Source of the DNA: Phormidesmis sp.
GTDB taxonomy: Bacteria; Cyanobacteriota; Cyanobacteriia; Leptolyngbyales; Leptolyngbyaceae
Assembly: GCA_965248535.1 (NCBI GenBank)
Contig: CBDFJR010000001.1
Coordinates: 1-49,385, forward strand
Length of the DNA stretch: 49,385 nucleotides
Reading direction: 5' to 3'
Below the pieces are notes generated by a model, which worked only from the letters and a program-made list of their open reading frames with translations, did not search any database and had not been told where the DNA came from. Every line of letters begins with the position of its first letter. Positions within the stretch are counted from its first letter, which is position 1. The position numbers and the translations under genes were made by a program. Shown piece after piece: positions 18,365 to 28,730 of this stretch.

Positions 18365-19681
18365 ATGACCATTACCGAAGCAGAAATTCTTAAAGCGATC
18401 GACGAAGCCCTCTTTTTGCCGTTTACCAATTCGCCGATTAAAAAGCCTGTTGAAACAGCCGCAAACCGCATTTTTATCACGGTGCAAAATCCGGCGGTGC
18501 CGATCGTGCCCACCGATTATCAAAATGGCTGGAGTCCCGGAAAGAGCGGCGACAATGCCATCGTCACAAAGCGATTTTCAGATTGGGTGGATGCTGTTCC
18601 CGCTCTCGAACCGACCCATCGCCTGAATGGACAAAAAATTTCTCAACTCTATGCCCAACTTCTAGGGGCAACGTTTAAAGCATCTGGTTTAGAAACAGAG
18701 CCACGATCGTATCAAGAGGCTGAATCGATCCTCTATCAAACGGTCACGGTTCATGACAATAAAACAGGGCAATCGACCCCTCAAACCGTAGATTCTGATC
18801 TCTATCGTCGCTATAAAGAAGCCAAAGCAGCTTATTCTAACGCGCTGGCTGTTTACCAATCTCAATATATCAGCCACACAAAAACCCCTGAAGGAAAAGC
18901 GATGTGGTCGCTGCTGAGTGCAGGGTTTCATGCGCCCGTTGAGGTAGCGTGGAATCAATATCGCGCTGCCGAAGCCAGTCGTGTAGAAGACGCATTGGGC
19001 ACCCTCGATCGTATGTCTAATAATCTGGTGTCAAACGTTTTTCGGGAGGCAAATCAACAATATTCTGGCTATCAAAAACCCGATCCGGTTAATCCCTCTC
19101 GATCGTTTTCTCCTAGCTATCCCATGCCGTCTAATTGGGTCGATGCGATCGCAGGCTGGACTGAGCTTGAATTTTCATTTAAGCATCAAACTTCAGTCTA
19201 TCAAAATCTACCTCTGATAGACGGAGTGTTAGATGCAGAAACTACGTCTCTAACGATTCGATTTCAGTTTAAAGTCGTGCGAATTGAACGCCCCTGGCTG
19301 CGATTTGATCTGTTTAACTTGCCAAACTGGTCAGTCGATTCAGTTGCGCCTGGCACCTATTCCAATGGTACTAAAAGCCAGCTAGGTCAAAGCCTATGGC
19401 CACTGATTCCCCAAGCTTTTATTGCAGTGCGTGGTCTAGAGGCATCGGGCATCTGGAGCGATGCAGATATCGCACGAATTCAAACTGCAATTGCAGGATC
19501 TGAACCCGCAGAGTTTGCCCGCTTTCTGCTGAATGGCTCTTATTTATCTAACGGCAAATCTATTGCTTATAGGGCTACGTTTGACGATGAAGTGCTCACC
19601 TTTCCTGGAGTTCATATTGTGGGATGGATTAATCGAATCTTGCCCTTTTTGCCTCCAAAATCTGATATAAAATCCGTCTGA
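18365..19681 (+). CDS. Uncharacterised protein, paralog C
   Basis: 438-aa ORF with a GGAG RBS. Motifs NGWSP, KTPEGKAMW (KTPEGKAKW in paralog B), MPSNWVD, ERPWL, WPLIPQAFIAVR, GVHIVGWIN..P..PP. Confidence 0.85.
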   Translation: MTITEAEILKAIDEALFLPFTNSPIKKPVETAANRIFITVQNPAVPIVPTDYQNGWSPGKSGDNAIVTKRFSDWVDAVPALEPTHRLNGQKISQLYAQLLGATFKASGLETEPRSYQEAESILYQTVTVHDNKTGQSTPQTVDSDLYRRYKEAKAAYSNALAVYQSQYISHTKTPEGKAMWSLLSAGFHAPVEVAWNQYRAAEASRVEDALGTLDRMSNNLVSNVFREANQQYSGYQKPDPVNPSRSFSPSYPMPSNWVDAIAGWTELEFSFKHQTSVYQNLPLIDGVLDAETTSLTIRFQFKVVRIERPWLRFDLFNLPNWSVDSVAPGTYSNGTKSQLGQSLWPLIPQAFIAVRGLEASGIWSDADIARIQTAIAGSEPAEFARFLLNGSYLSNGKSIAYRATFDDEVLTFPGVHIVGWINRILPFLPPKSDIKSV

Positions 19682-19881
19682 ATTTTCTGGCTTTCATCTG
19701 TTCCTTGCAAAGCTGATCTAACTGTTGAGACGATCATCTGGCCCTATTGTGTGATTTCTAGTCTCGATCTTCTCATTTGATTGAAGTTTTCATGCAGAAG
19801 TGCGTATAAACGCTGATCAATTAGAAACAGAAAGGTACTATACCTGAACAGTAGAGCGGACTTATTAGGATTTATCAACAG

Positions 19882-20211
19882 ATGAAGATAATCAGTGCAA
19901 GAACTATTCTATTAACAGGATTGACCTTAACAACGCTGCTCGCGTTTCCTCGCACAGCCCTCGCTGACTTTATGACTAACAGTGGCAGTGGTGGCTACTC
20001 CGATAAAAACACCCAGCGATCGTATCGCTATGAATATGAAGTTTGGTCAGACGATAGCAACACGTCTTACACCCTAAAGGTTTGGAACTCGGAAGACTAT
20101 CCCGATGGGTCGCCAACTGGCTTATCTAGCTTTAAATCTGCCCGCGAAGCACTGGATTATTTTGATTGCCACTACGCTCACAAACAAGACATTTGCAAAC
20201 AGATGCGATAA
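19882..20211 (+). CDS. Small secreted hypothetical protein
   Basis: Sec-type signal peptide ending in ALA; acidic/aromatic mature part with two C-terminal Cys; AGGA RBS. Confidence 0.75.
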   Translation: MKIISARTILLTGLTLTTLLAFPRTALADFMTNSGSGGYSDKNTQRSYRYEYEVWSDDSNTSYTLKVWNSEDYPDGSPTGLSSFKSAREALDYFDCHYAHKQDICKQMR

Positions 20212-20252
20212 AAGTTAGCGTTCTCATTTCAATTTAAACCCTCATGATTGTG

Positions 20253-20292
20253 AGAGTCAGACACTAGCAGAGTTGCTGTTCTGACTCTTTTC
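20253..20292 (+). terminator. Rho-independent terminator
   Basis: AGAGTCAGA...TCTGACTCT stem followed by Ts. Confidence 0.6.
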
Positions 20293-20506
20293 TTATGTAG
20301 CAATTTAAGGGGAGTTGTAAGATCTGGGACTGCCTCCAAACTCACAATTCTGGAGGTTAAGAGTCTGGTAGCCTCAAACTTTGGGGTGAATGGGCTGACT
20401 TGATCGTGCGTTTCACCGTTGAGTCAAGACTGCCCTAGCAGCCCACGATAAGCTGCCAGCCTTGGCAACAACAGCCCAAAAAGTTCAAGATAATTTGCCC
20501 CATTAG

Positions 20507-20553
20507 GTAGGGAAATCCGATCTTCTTCATCGGCAACCGCTATTGATTACAAT
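20507..20553 (+). promoter_or_regulatory. K-box-like element and -10 box upstream of htpG
   Basis: GTAGGG-AAAT-CCGATC resembles the K-box GTTCGG-NNAN-CCNNAC with three mismatches; TACAAT at 20548-20553. Confidence 0.4.
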
Positions 20554-20619
20554 GAAGGCGATTGTGTCATCCTCGTCCAAAATAGGGCTGAGGTCTTTTA
20601 AGTAAGCAGGACTAGACGT

Positions 20620-22650
20620 ATGGCAACGATTTTAGAACAGGGAAACATCAGTATTCATACTGAGAATATTTTTCCGATCATCAAGAAATGGCTTTACTCT
20701 GACCATGAAATTTTCTTGAGAGAGTTAGTCTCTAACGCCGTGGATGCCATTCAAAAACTCAAAATGGTGTCTAACTCGGATGACTTTTCAGGTGAAATCG
20801 GCGATCCAGAAATCGTGATCACGATCGACCCCGAACAAAAAACCCTGGCTGTCTCTGACAATGGCATTGGCATGACTGCCGACGAGGTGAAGAAATATAT
20901 CAATCAGGTGGCGTTTTCTAGCGCTGAAGAATTTGTTGAGAAATATAAAGCCAGCGGCGATCAGCAGATCATTGGGCACTTCGGATTAGGGTTCTACTCG
21001 TCTTTTATGGTAGCGAAGTTTGTCACGATCGACACCCTCTCCTATAAAGCTGGCTCGCAGGCAGTGAATTGGGCGTGTGATGGATCGACTGAATTTAAAT
21101 TATCAGAGGGCGATCGCCCGACTCGCGGCACCACCGTCACCCTCGCGCTGCAAGATGAAGAACACGAATATGCAGAACCTTATCGAATTCGGCAACTGAT
21201 CAAGACCTACTGTGACTTTTTGCCCGTCTCGATCAAGCTAGAGGTGATTGAGCCACCCAAAGAAGGCGAAGCGGCTGACGCAGAAACAGCAGTCAAAGCA
21301 CCCGAACAGATCAATCGCCAAAAAGCACCCTGGAAAGAGTCGCCCCAAAGCCTTAGCTCAGAAGACTATTTGGAGTTTTATCGCTATCTCTATCCGTTTC
21401 AAGAAGAGCCTTTGCTGTGGGTGCATCTCAACACAGACTATCCCTTTATTGTCAACGGCATTCTCTACTTTCCGAAGCTCAAGCCCGATGTGGATGTGTC
21501 TAAAGGGCAGATCAAACTGTTTTGCAATCAGGTGTTTGTCAGCGAAAACTGCGAAGAAGTGATTCCTAAGTTTTTGCTGCCGCTGCGAGGAGTGGTGGAT
21601 AGCGCTGACATTCCGCTTAATGTGTCGCGCAGCTTCTTGCAAAACGATCGCACCGTGCGCCGGATTGCAGACTATATTGCTAAGAAAGTGGGCGATCGCT
21701 TAAAAGAGCTTTATCGCGACGATCGGGCGCAATATATCCGATCGTGGTTAGATCTGGGCACCTTCGTTAAATTTGGCTCGATCAACGACGACAAGTTTAA
21801 GAAACAAGTCGAAGATATTCTGATCTATCGCACCACGGCTAATCTGACCGATGACACGCCAAAAGTAGAAGTGCAGACTGCTGATGGAGACGCTTGGCAA
21901 GACACCTCTAATGCAGTCAGCAACACGATCGATGGCAAATCCTACACGACTCTGAAGGAATATTTGGAACGCAACAAAGAACGCCACGAGAATCGTGTCT
22001 TTTATTGCACCGATGAAGTCACTCAGGCAACCTACGTGCAGCTTCACACCAGTCAAGGCTTAGAAGTTCTGTTTATGGATTCGTTCATTGACAGTCACTT
22101 TGTCAGCTTCTTAGAGCGAGAATATTCAGAGGTGCAATTCGCACGGGTGGATGCCGAATTAGATGACTCTTTGATCGACAAAGATCAGTCTGAGATTGTT
22201 GATCCTAAAACTAATCAGACTCGCAGCGAGCAGGTCAAAGAACTGTTCCAAAAAGCGCTAAATAAGCCAAAGCTGATCATTCGCACTGAGGCACTTAAAG
22301 GAGATGACCCGGCTAGCACACCTCCCGCCATGGTGCTTTTGCCAGAGCAACTGCGGCGAATGCAGGAGATGAATGCGTTAATGCAACAGCAAAATGTTCA
22401 GTTCCCGGAAGAACATATTCTGTTGGTCAACACGACTCATCCCATGATTCAAAACTTGATTGAGTTGAGTCATGGAGCCATTATCACCGATGGACAATCT
22501 CCATCCGCAGAGCTTGCTAACTTGATTTGTCATCATGTTTATGATTTGGCATTGATGGCCCAAAAAGGCTTTGACGCTGATGGCATGAAAGCGTTTGTCG
22601 AGCGATCGAACCAAGTGTTAACGAAGTTGACCGATCGGGCTACTCACTAG
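20620..22650 (+). CDS. htpG: Molecular chaperone HtpG (Hsp90)
   Basis: IFLRELVSNAVDA, DNGIGMT, IGHFGLGFYSSF, IPLNVSRS motifs. Confidence 0.97.
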   Translation: MATILEQGNISIHTENIFPIIKKWLYSDHEIFLRELVSNAVDAIQKLKMVSNSDDFSGEIGDPEIVITIDPEQKTLAVSDNGIGMTADEVKKYINQVAFSSAEEFVEKYKASGDQQIIGHFGLGFYSSFMVAKFVTIDTLSYKAGSQAVNWACDGSTEFKLSEGDRPTRGTTVTLALQDEEHEYAEPYRIRQLIKTYCDFLPVSIKLEVIEPPKEGEAADAETAVKAPEQINRQKAPWKESPQSLSSEDYLEFYRYLYPFQEEPLLWVHLNTDYPFIVNGILYFPKLKPDVDVSKGQIKLFCNQVFVSENCEEVIPKFLLPLRGVVDSADIPLNVSRSFLQNDRTVRRIADYIAKKVGDRLKELYRDDRAQYIRSWLDLGTFVKFGSINDDKFKKQVEDILIYRTTANLTDDTPKVEVQTADGDAWQDTSNAVSNTIDGKSYTTLKEYLERNKERHENRVFYCTDEVTQATYVQLHTSQGLEVLFMDSFIDSHFVSFLEREYSEVQFARVDAELDDSLIDKDQSEIVDPKTNQTRSEQVKELFQKALNKPKLIIRTEALKGDDPASTPPAMVLLPEQLRRMQEMNALMQQQNVQFPEEHILLVNTTHPMIQNLIELSHGAIITDGQSPSAELANLICHHVYDLALMAQKGFDADGMKAFVERSNQVLTKLTDRATH

Positions 22651-22660
22651 TTTCTGATCA

Positions 22661-22696
22661 GCAGTCCGCAGTGATGGGATAGTCATTGCGGACTGC
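22661..22696. terminator. Hairpin between convergent genes
   Basis: GCAGTCCGCAGTGA / TCATTGCGGACTGC 14-bp stem with one G-T pair. Confidence 0.65.
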
Positions 22697-22752
22697 GATC
22701 GCGTTTGTGTGAGAATTTGTTTTTTAACCGTTAACGACTTCAATCGGAATCG

Positions 22753-23046
22753 TTAATTTCCACAGGTTAACGTTCCTTCTTTAGTTCCCTCTGCTTTGGT
22801 CTTTACTTCGACCTTAGGCTGCTGCCCAGGATAACACCGGACTAAGACTTTATCGCTGCTGCGGGTCATATACAGCACATAAACCGACTGACCGTTTAAC
22901 TTAGCTGAAACAAGCTGAGGAGGAGACGGTGCGGTAGCGGTGGCTTTGCTGCCTAGAAAATTCAGCGCAGGTACTAAGGCAGCCCCTAGAACTACGATCG
23001 CTGATCCCATGACTAAAGGTGAGCAGCGCGTTAAAAATTTCACCAT
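22753..23046 (-). CDS. Small exported hypothetical protein
   Basis: N-terminal hydrophobic helix; short domain with two Cys (VRCYPG...LTCGN); RBS-like AGGGG upstream. Confidence 0.7.
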   Translation of the reverse strand: MVKFLTRCSPLVMGSAIVVLGAALVPALNFLGSKATATAPSPPQLVSAKLNGQSVYVLYMTRSSDKVLVRCYPGQQPKVEVKTKAEGTKEGTLTCGN

Positions 23047-23158
23047 TGATTTAAGCCCCTAAACGATAGAGTTAGTTCCAACTTTTGACATCTTTGCCTA
23101 CTCTAGAAGGCGATCGAAAGGTTGTCAAATGGGGTACAGAGGAGGCAGATAGATGGCG

Positions 23159-24451
23159 CTACTTTTCTAGTTCTTCTTTCACAATTTGTGCTAATTTGTT
23201 GGCGGCTCCCGGCTCTCCTCTCACCTGGCGAAGCCTGTCGCGCATTTGCTGGAGTTTCTCCGGGTGGTTGAGAAAATCGAGGGCTAGATCTGCCACCACT
23301 TCCGGCCGAAGCCGCCCCACCAGTTCAGGAACAATTTCTGCATTTGCCCATTTATTGGGCCACGCCAATAGCCCCAAACGCTGTAGATAAAGCCAGTTAA
23401 TCAGCTTCGCTGCGCTTGATCCCACTCCCGGCAGATTAGCGAGCAGCCCCGGAATGCCATCCCAGGCGCGCATTGCGTCAAGTTGCTGAGTGGGGACGAC
23501 TACAATCATGGGCACGGCTAAAGCACCTAACTCGGCGGTGTTGGCCCCGATCGTGGTCAAACATAAGTCACACTGCGACAGCAGCGAATAAACCGGAACT
23601 CGTTCGGTCTGGTTTTGCCAAAGCTCGACGCGCAGACCGCTCTGGGTCTCTAGATAAGGACGCTCTGCCTCTGAAGCGGGCATCACTAGGTGGGCGCTGA
23701 CCCCTTCAACTAGGGGCAAAATGGGATTTTGTTGGGGATCGGCAAATCGGGCCAGGGTTGGCAAATCGAGCGTCGGTGCAACCGGAATCACAAATCGAGC
23801 TTGAGGACGATCGTGCCAGATCCGTTCAGCGATAGCTAACATGAAGGGCACTCCCTGAGCGAGTTTAGCGGGTTTAGACCCTGGCAAAACTCCAATTAAT
23901 TCGGCAAACCGTTGGGGATCGGCTTCTGGCTGACGGTAGTGGGCAACTTCGGCCATTAAATCGCCTATAACACTGAGTTTATGAGCCTGTTTAAGGGGAG
24001 CACGATCGACGATTTCTGGCCGCATCACCCCAAAGCGATCGATCCAGCGATGCCATCGGGCTTCCCATTCTGCATAAGTGACGGTGCGATAACCCAACCG
24101 CTTACCAAGCACCACCGAAAAAAACTGATCGCCGCCTAAAAAAAGCACCACACCTTGATCGTGCCAATTCCAACGATCGCGCGTTTTTCCCCACAGCAAA
24201 AATGGGTAGAAAGCACTGGCCGCCTGCACCCGATCGACTTCTGGATAGCTCAGAGCAATGTCAGCTTCTTGACCACTCGCATTGGGGTCGGGCGACAGCA
24301 CCACAGAAATGCGAACCAGAGCACGATCGTCGCCTAGAATCTGCCGCAGCGATCGCACCACAGGCTTTACCCAGGTCGCAAGTTCTCCGGGCCCGTTAGA
24401 GAGAATCAAAATATCGATCGGATCAGCAAGGTCAGACATCGACAGATTCAA
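23159..24451 (-). CDS. Lipid-A-disaccharide synthase-like (LpxB-like) glycosyltransferase
   Basis: ILSNGPGE, LPGSK, GANTAELGALAVPM and N...EIVPEL motifs of the cyanobacterial LpxB-like family. True start may be ATG 24439. Confidence 0.8.
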   Translation of the reverse strand: MNLSMSDLADPIDILILSNGPGELATWVKPVVRSLRQILGDDRALVRISVVLSPDPNASGQEADIALSYPEVDRVQAASAFYPFLLWGKTRDRWNWHDQGVVLFLGGDQFFSVVLGKRLGYRTVTYAEWEARWHRWIDRFGVMRPEIVDRAPLKQAHKLSVIGDLMAEVAHYRQPEADPQRFAELIGVLPGSKPAKLAQGVPFMLAIAERIWHDRPQARFVIPVAPTLDLPTLARFADPQQNPILPLVEGVSAHLVMPASEAERPYLETQSGLRVELWQNQTERVPVYSLLSQCDLCLTTIGANTAELGALAVPMIVVVPTQQLDAMRAWDGIPGLLANLPGVGSSAAKLINWLYLQRLGLLAWPNKWANAEIVPELVGRLRPEVVADLALDFLNHPEKLQQMRDRLRQVRGEPGAANKLAQIVKEELEK

Positions 24452-24469
24452 CCGCTAGAGTAAATACCC

Positions 24470-25879
24470 CTACACCTTATCTTGGCTGACAGCCAGTTTT
24501 AGAGCAGCGAGTTGGGCCTGGGCCTTGTGCAGCGATTCGTGCCATTCTCGCTCTGGGTCACTGTCGGCCACAATGCCCGCCCCCACTTGCCCCCAAACCA
24601 GATTGGTGCCGTCTGTTTGAGGCGCATAGAGCAGCGTCCGAATCAGGATATTCAGATCCAAATTGCCGCGCAGATCCAAATAGCCACACGACCCATAGAA
24701 CAAACTGCGGCGATCGGGTTCGAGTTCTTCAATAATTTCTAAACAGCGCACTTTAGGACACCCCGTAATCGTGCCCCCTGGAAACAACGCCCGAATTAAG
24801 TCAACCGCATTGCAATCAGCTTTTAGCGTGCCGACTACGTTGCTCACGAGGTGCATCACATGACTATAGCGCTCGATTCTCAGCAGTTCATTAACGTGGA
24901 TCGATCCCCATTCACATACCCGTCCTAAATCATTGCGCGCTAGATCCACCAGCATGATGTGCTCTGCTTGTTCTTTAGCGTTGTTGAGCAGGTCTTGAGC
25001 CAATTGACGATCGTGGGCAAAATTTTCTCCTCTGGGTCGAGTGCCCGCGATCGGGCGAGTCTGAGCCTGTTTCCCCTGCAACTGCACCAATCGCTCTGGC
25101 GAACAGCTAATCACCGCACCCCACGGAGTCTGCCAATAGCTAGCAAACGGCGAAGGATTGATTTGCTGCAAAGCCTGATAAATTGACCAGCTATCAGCAG
25201 AGGTCTGCGTCTCAAATCTGAGAGACAGATTGGCTTGAAAAATATCTCCGGCTTGAATGTGTTTTTTAGCCGTCAAGATGGCAGATTTATAATCGGTTTG
25301 CGAGACCTGAAACGTCACCGATTTTGGGGCTAAATCGTCGCCAGAAACACGGGATTTTTGATCGGCTCCCAGCGCTAGTTTTTCTTGCATCTGATCGAGT
25401 TGATCGACCTGAGTTGCCGCCAGCCAGAGCATCTGCTGCTGATGGTCTAATACCGCAAAGCAGTCAGGCTCATACCAATAGGCGATCGGAAACGGCAGTG
25501 AGTCAGGTTTGAGATAGGGCAGTCGCTCAATTTCCCACGCTAGGTCATAGCCCAGCCAGCCCAGCCACCCCCCCTTAAAGGGCAGCGAGTCAGGCACTTG
25601 ATCGGATGCAAGGTTTGGACGATCGAGCAACTGCTGCAAAAAAGGCAAAATCTCGCCTACTTCAGGAGTCCACAGTTGCGGGCTGCCTGCTACAACCCGC
25701 GGCCCGCCTCCGCAGAGAGAATATCTTGCCAAGGTGCCCTCCGACGACGCAAAACAAGGACTCTCTAGCAGAGTCGCGATCGCTCCGTCGCTGGATTTAA
25801 ACAACGCTGCAAAGATCTCTGATCCTGTTTTTTGGTTAAGCGGCAGCGATCGCCAGTGCCAAGGCAAAATGACATTCAT
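24470..25879 (-). CDS. Chorismate-binding enzyme, anthranilate synthase component I / PabB family
   Basis: GDIFQANLS, SPERL, TRPIAGTRPRG, EHIMLVDLARNDLGRV, FPGGTITGCPK, GAGIVADS. Confidence 0.9.
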   Translation of the reverse strand: MNVILPWHWRSLPLNQKTGSEIFAALFKSSDGAIATLLESPCFASSEGTLARYSLCGGGPRVVAGSPQLWTPEVGEILPFLQQLLDRPNLASDQVPDSLPFKGGWLGWLGYDLAWEIERLPYLKPDSLPFPIAYWYEPDCFAVLDHQQQMLWLAATQVDQLDQMQEKLALGADQKSRVSGDDLAPKSVTFQVSQTDYKSAILTAKKHIQAGDIFQANLSLRFETQTSADSWSIYQALQQINPSPFASYWQTPWGAVISCSPERLVQLQGKQAQTRPIAGTRPRGENFAHDRQLAQDLLNNAKEQAEHIMLVDLARNDLGRVCEWGSIHVNELLRIERYSHVMHLVSNVVGTLKADCNAVDLIRALFPGGTITGCPKVRCLEIIEELEPDRRSLFYGSCGYLDLRGNLDLNILIRTLLYAPQTDGTNLVWGQVGAGIVADSDPEREWHESLHKAQAQLAALKLAVSQDKV

Positions 25880-26055
25880 GATTCAGCAAAGAGACAAATG
25901 AGTAAATGCACCACGAAACTCAACCTACTCTGAAAACGCTCAACAAATCTATCGACAAACTTTTGTTTAAAGTCGTTAGAATAGGATGCTGACGAAAATT
26001 TGAGACTGACCTTCCGCAGCGAGTCTTACCAACCCCTCATCCCTCACTCTTGCTT

Positions 26056-27429
26056 ATGTCCTTGCCCATTGTTGCTATTATTGGTCGTCCCAACGTGGGC
26101 AAGTCCACCCTCGTCAACCGCTTTTCCAAGCTGCAAGACGCGATCGTGTTTGATGAACCGGGCGTGACCCGCGATCGCACCTACAAACCCGCTTTTTGGG
26201 GCGATCGAGATTTTTTGGTGGTCGATACGGGCGGGCTAGTGTTTGACGATGACACTGAGTTTTTGCCCCTGATTCGTGAACAAGCTTTGGCAGCTTTGGC
26301 AGAATCAAGCGCAGCCATCTTCATCGTCGATGGTAAACAAGGCTTGACCACGGCTGACGAAGAAATTGCCCGCTGGTTGCGTCAACAGCCCGTCCCGGTT
26401 TTGCTGGCAGTCAATAAATGTGAGTCGCTCGAAGATGGTTTGACCCAAGCATCCGAGTTTTGGAGTTTGGGGATCGGCGAACCGTTTCCCGTCTCTGGCA
26501 TTCACGGCAACGGCACAGGCGAATTGATGGAACAACTGATGACCCATCTGCCCGACACGAGCCTGCTCGAAGATGTGCCAGAAACCCGCGTCGCGATCGT
26601 CGGTCGTCCCAACGTCGGAAAATCCAGCCTGCTGAACGCCTTTGTGGGCGAAAAACGCTCGATCGTCAGTCCGATTTCGGGCACCACGCGAGACGCGATC
26701 GATATGGTCGTCGAGCGCGGAGACAAACCCTATCGCCTGATTGACACCGCCGGAATTCGCAAGAAAAAGAACGTCGAATATGGCCCCGAATTCTTTGGGA
26801 TCAACCGAGCCTTTAAAGCGATCGATCGCTCCGATGTGGTGCTGTTTGTCTTGGATGCCGTCGATGGAGTCACCGAGCAAGACCAAAAACTTGCAGGACG
26901 CATCGCCGATGAGGGTCGCGGCTGCGTGATCGTCGTCAACAAGTGGGACGTGATCGAAAAAGACTCCACCACTATTTATGAATATCAAAAGCTGATCGGC
27001 GATCGCCTCCACTTTCTTGAATGGGCAGAAACGATCTTCATCAGTGCCGAAACCGGGCAGCGCGTTGAGAAGATTTTTGACCTAATCGACATCGCCGCCG
27101 CCCAGCACCAGCGTCGAGTCACCACCTCAGTGATTAACGAAGTGCTCGAAGATGCCGCCCGCTGGCACTCACCGCCTACCACTCGCCAGGGTCGCCAAGG
27201 CAGAATCTACTATGGCACTCAGGTGAGCACCCGTCCCCCCACGATCGCCCTGTTTGTCAACGATCCCCTTCTGTTTAACGAAAGCTATCGGCGCTATGTC
27301 GAGCGGCAGTTTCGGCAATCGCTCGGTTTTCAGGGCACCCCGATTCGTCTCTTGTGGCGGGGCAAAAAAGTGCGCGAAATGGAGCGCGGCAGCGTCAACC
27401 GAGCGATCAAGGTGAGAACCAAGGTCTAG
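26056..27429 (+). CDS. der: Ribosome biogenesis GTPase Der (EngA)
   Basis: Two GRPNVGKS P-loops, DTGG/DTAG, NKCE/NKWD, C-terminal KH-like domain; ATG at 26056. Confidence 0.97.
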   Translation: MSLPIVAIIGRPNVGKSTLVNRFSKLQDAIVFDEPGVTRDRTYKPAFWGDRDFLVVDTGGLVFDDDTEFLPLIREQALAALAESSAAIFIVDGKQGLTTADEEIARWLRQQPVPVLLAVNKCESLEDGLTQASEFWSLGIGEPFPVSGIHGNGTGELMEQLMTHLPDTSLLEDVPETRVAIVGRPNVGKSSLLNAFVGEKRSIVSPISGTTRDAIDMVVERGDKPYRLIDTAGIRKKKNVEYGPEFFGINRAFKAIDRSDVVLFVLDAVDGVTEQDQKLAGRIADEGRGCVIVVNKWDVIEKDSTTIYEYQKLIGDRLHFLEWAETIFISAETGQRVEKIFDLIDIAAAQHQRRVTTSVINEVLEDAARWHSPPTTRQGRQGRIYYGTQVSTRPPTIALFVNDPLLFNESYRRYVERQFRQSLGFQGTPIRLLWRGKKVREMERGSVNRAIKVRTKV

Positions 27430-27475
27430 AGCTTGGTGACTCTCAACCGCCTAAAATCCCTTTCTTCTCAATCGA

Positions 27476-28462
27476 ATGGATTTACTGCGATCGCTGCCCC
27501 TCGGACTTTATCTAGAACACCCCATCACTTGGCTGCATCGGCTTGATCCCCGCGTTAAGCTGGCCTGGCTGATGAGCTTTTTAGCGACCCCACTGCTGGC
27601 AAGCCCAGAGTGGCGGATCTTTTTGGTAGTCTTTTTAGGGCTACTTACGGTGTCAGCAATGATCCCCCTGCGGGTGTGGAAACAGCAGATCGGCTGGCTG
27701 GCACTGCTGGCGATCTATGTGTTTTCCCTAGTCGCGATCGCGCCCGATGGCTTAAACGCCAATCATCAATCGCGATTGCCCGAAAACGAGCTAGCGTTTG
27801 TGCGGCAGCCTACTACCGTGCCTGCTCCTGCCGCGCCCGCCGCTTGGTATAACCCGCTTAACTTTGGCAAAAAGCCCGATGCTCAAGATGCCGCTGCTGA
27901 AGTGCTCAAGCGTCCTCATTTGCCCCAGCCGACTGACTATCACTACGATCTGCTCAAGCGAGGCCCGCTGACGGTGACGCGGCGATCGCTCGATCTGGCC
28001 ATTCGAGTCAGCACGCTTTTATTCACCCTGATTTACAGCACCAATCTCTACCTTCTGACGACCGCCCCTGAAGAGATCACCGCCGGAATCGAAGATTTGA
28101 TGAGTCCCCTGCGCCGATTTGGGGTGCCTGTGACTGAGATCGCCTTGACTTTGACGCTCTCTCTGCGCTTTATTCCTCTGGTGTTGGAGGAGTTTCAAAA
28201 CTTGGTGCGATCGGTGAGAACCCGCGCCATTAACTGGAAAAAACTTGGACTCCGCCGTGGGGTGCAGGTTTGGATGTTGGTCGCCGAGCGGCTGCTAGAA
28301 AATTTGCTGCTGCGGGCAGAACAGATTTCTAGTGCTATGAAGGTGCGCGGGTTTACCAGCCCCGATCGCCACCGGGTTGAGTGGCACCAGTTGCGCCTCA
28401 AGCGTCTAGACTGGTTAGCGTTGGGTGCTTTGACACTGCTGTGGGCGGCAAGATTTGTTTGA
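27476..28462 (+). CDS. Energy-coupling factor transporter transmembrane component T (EcfT/CbiQ family)
   Basis: LHRLDPRVKL, LTTAPEEI, LSLRFIPLVLEE, AMKVRGF. Confidence 0.88.
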   Translation: MDLLRSLPLGLYLEHPITWLHRLDPRVKLAWLMSFLATPLLASPEWRIFLVVFLGLLTVSAMIPLRVWKQQIGWLALLAIYVFSLVAIAPDGLNANHQSRLPENELAFVRQPTTVPAPAAPAAWYNPLNFGKKPDAQDAAAEVLKRPHLPQPTDYHYDLLKRGPLTVTRRSLDLAIRVSTLLFTLIYSTNLYLLTTAPEEITAGIEDLMSPLRRFGVPVTEIALTLTLSLRFIPLVLEEFQNLVRSVRTRAINWKKLGLRRGVQVWMLVAERLLENLLLRAEQISSAMKVRGFTSPDRHRVEWHQLRLKRLDWLALGALTLLWAARFV

Positions 28463-28514
28463 AGAAGTGCAGTGAATCTGAAATGCTAAAAGAGCAAGAC
28501 TATAGGGAGACTTT

Positions 28515-28730
28515 GTGGCTTTTTGGATCAAGCTGACCTTCGATCGCACCGTCTACATCATCGACTTAGACCGCATTGCTGCCTTTGGTCAAACCTCAGC
28601 GGGTCGAGTTGCGTTTAGTTTGTCTGATGCAGGGGTCACGATCGTCGTCAACCAGCAAAAAGACCCTGATACCTACCAAACGATTCTGACCTATATCGAG
28701 CAAACTACCGGACACCCCCTAGAAGACTAA
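28515..28730 (+). CDS. Small hypothetical protein
   Basis: 71-aa ORF with an AGGGAG RBS and GTG start; globular-looking composition. Confidence 0.65.
   Translation: MAFWIKLTFDRTVYIIDLDRIAAFGQTSAGRVAFSLSDAGVTIVVNQQKDPDTYQTILTYIEQTTGHPLED

Noticed and set aside
14877..19681. Paralog block as a very recent horizontal acquisition or prophage
   Set aside because: No integrase, att-like repeats or phage genes are visible. HIP1 octamers occur within paralogs A (15078) and C (19145) and the paralogs are deeply diverged, which suggests long residence.
26305..27012. 235-aa minus-strand ORF
   Set aside because: Antisense shadow of der.
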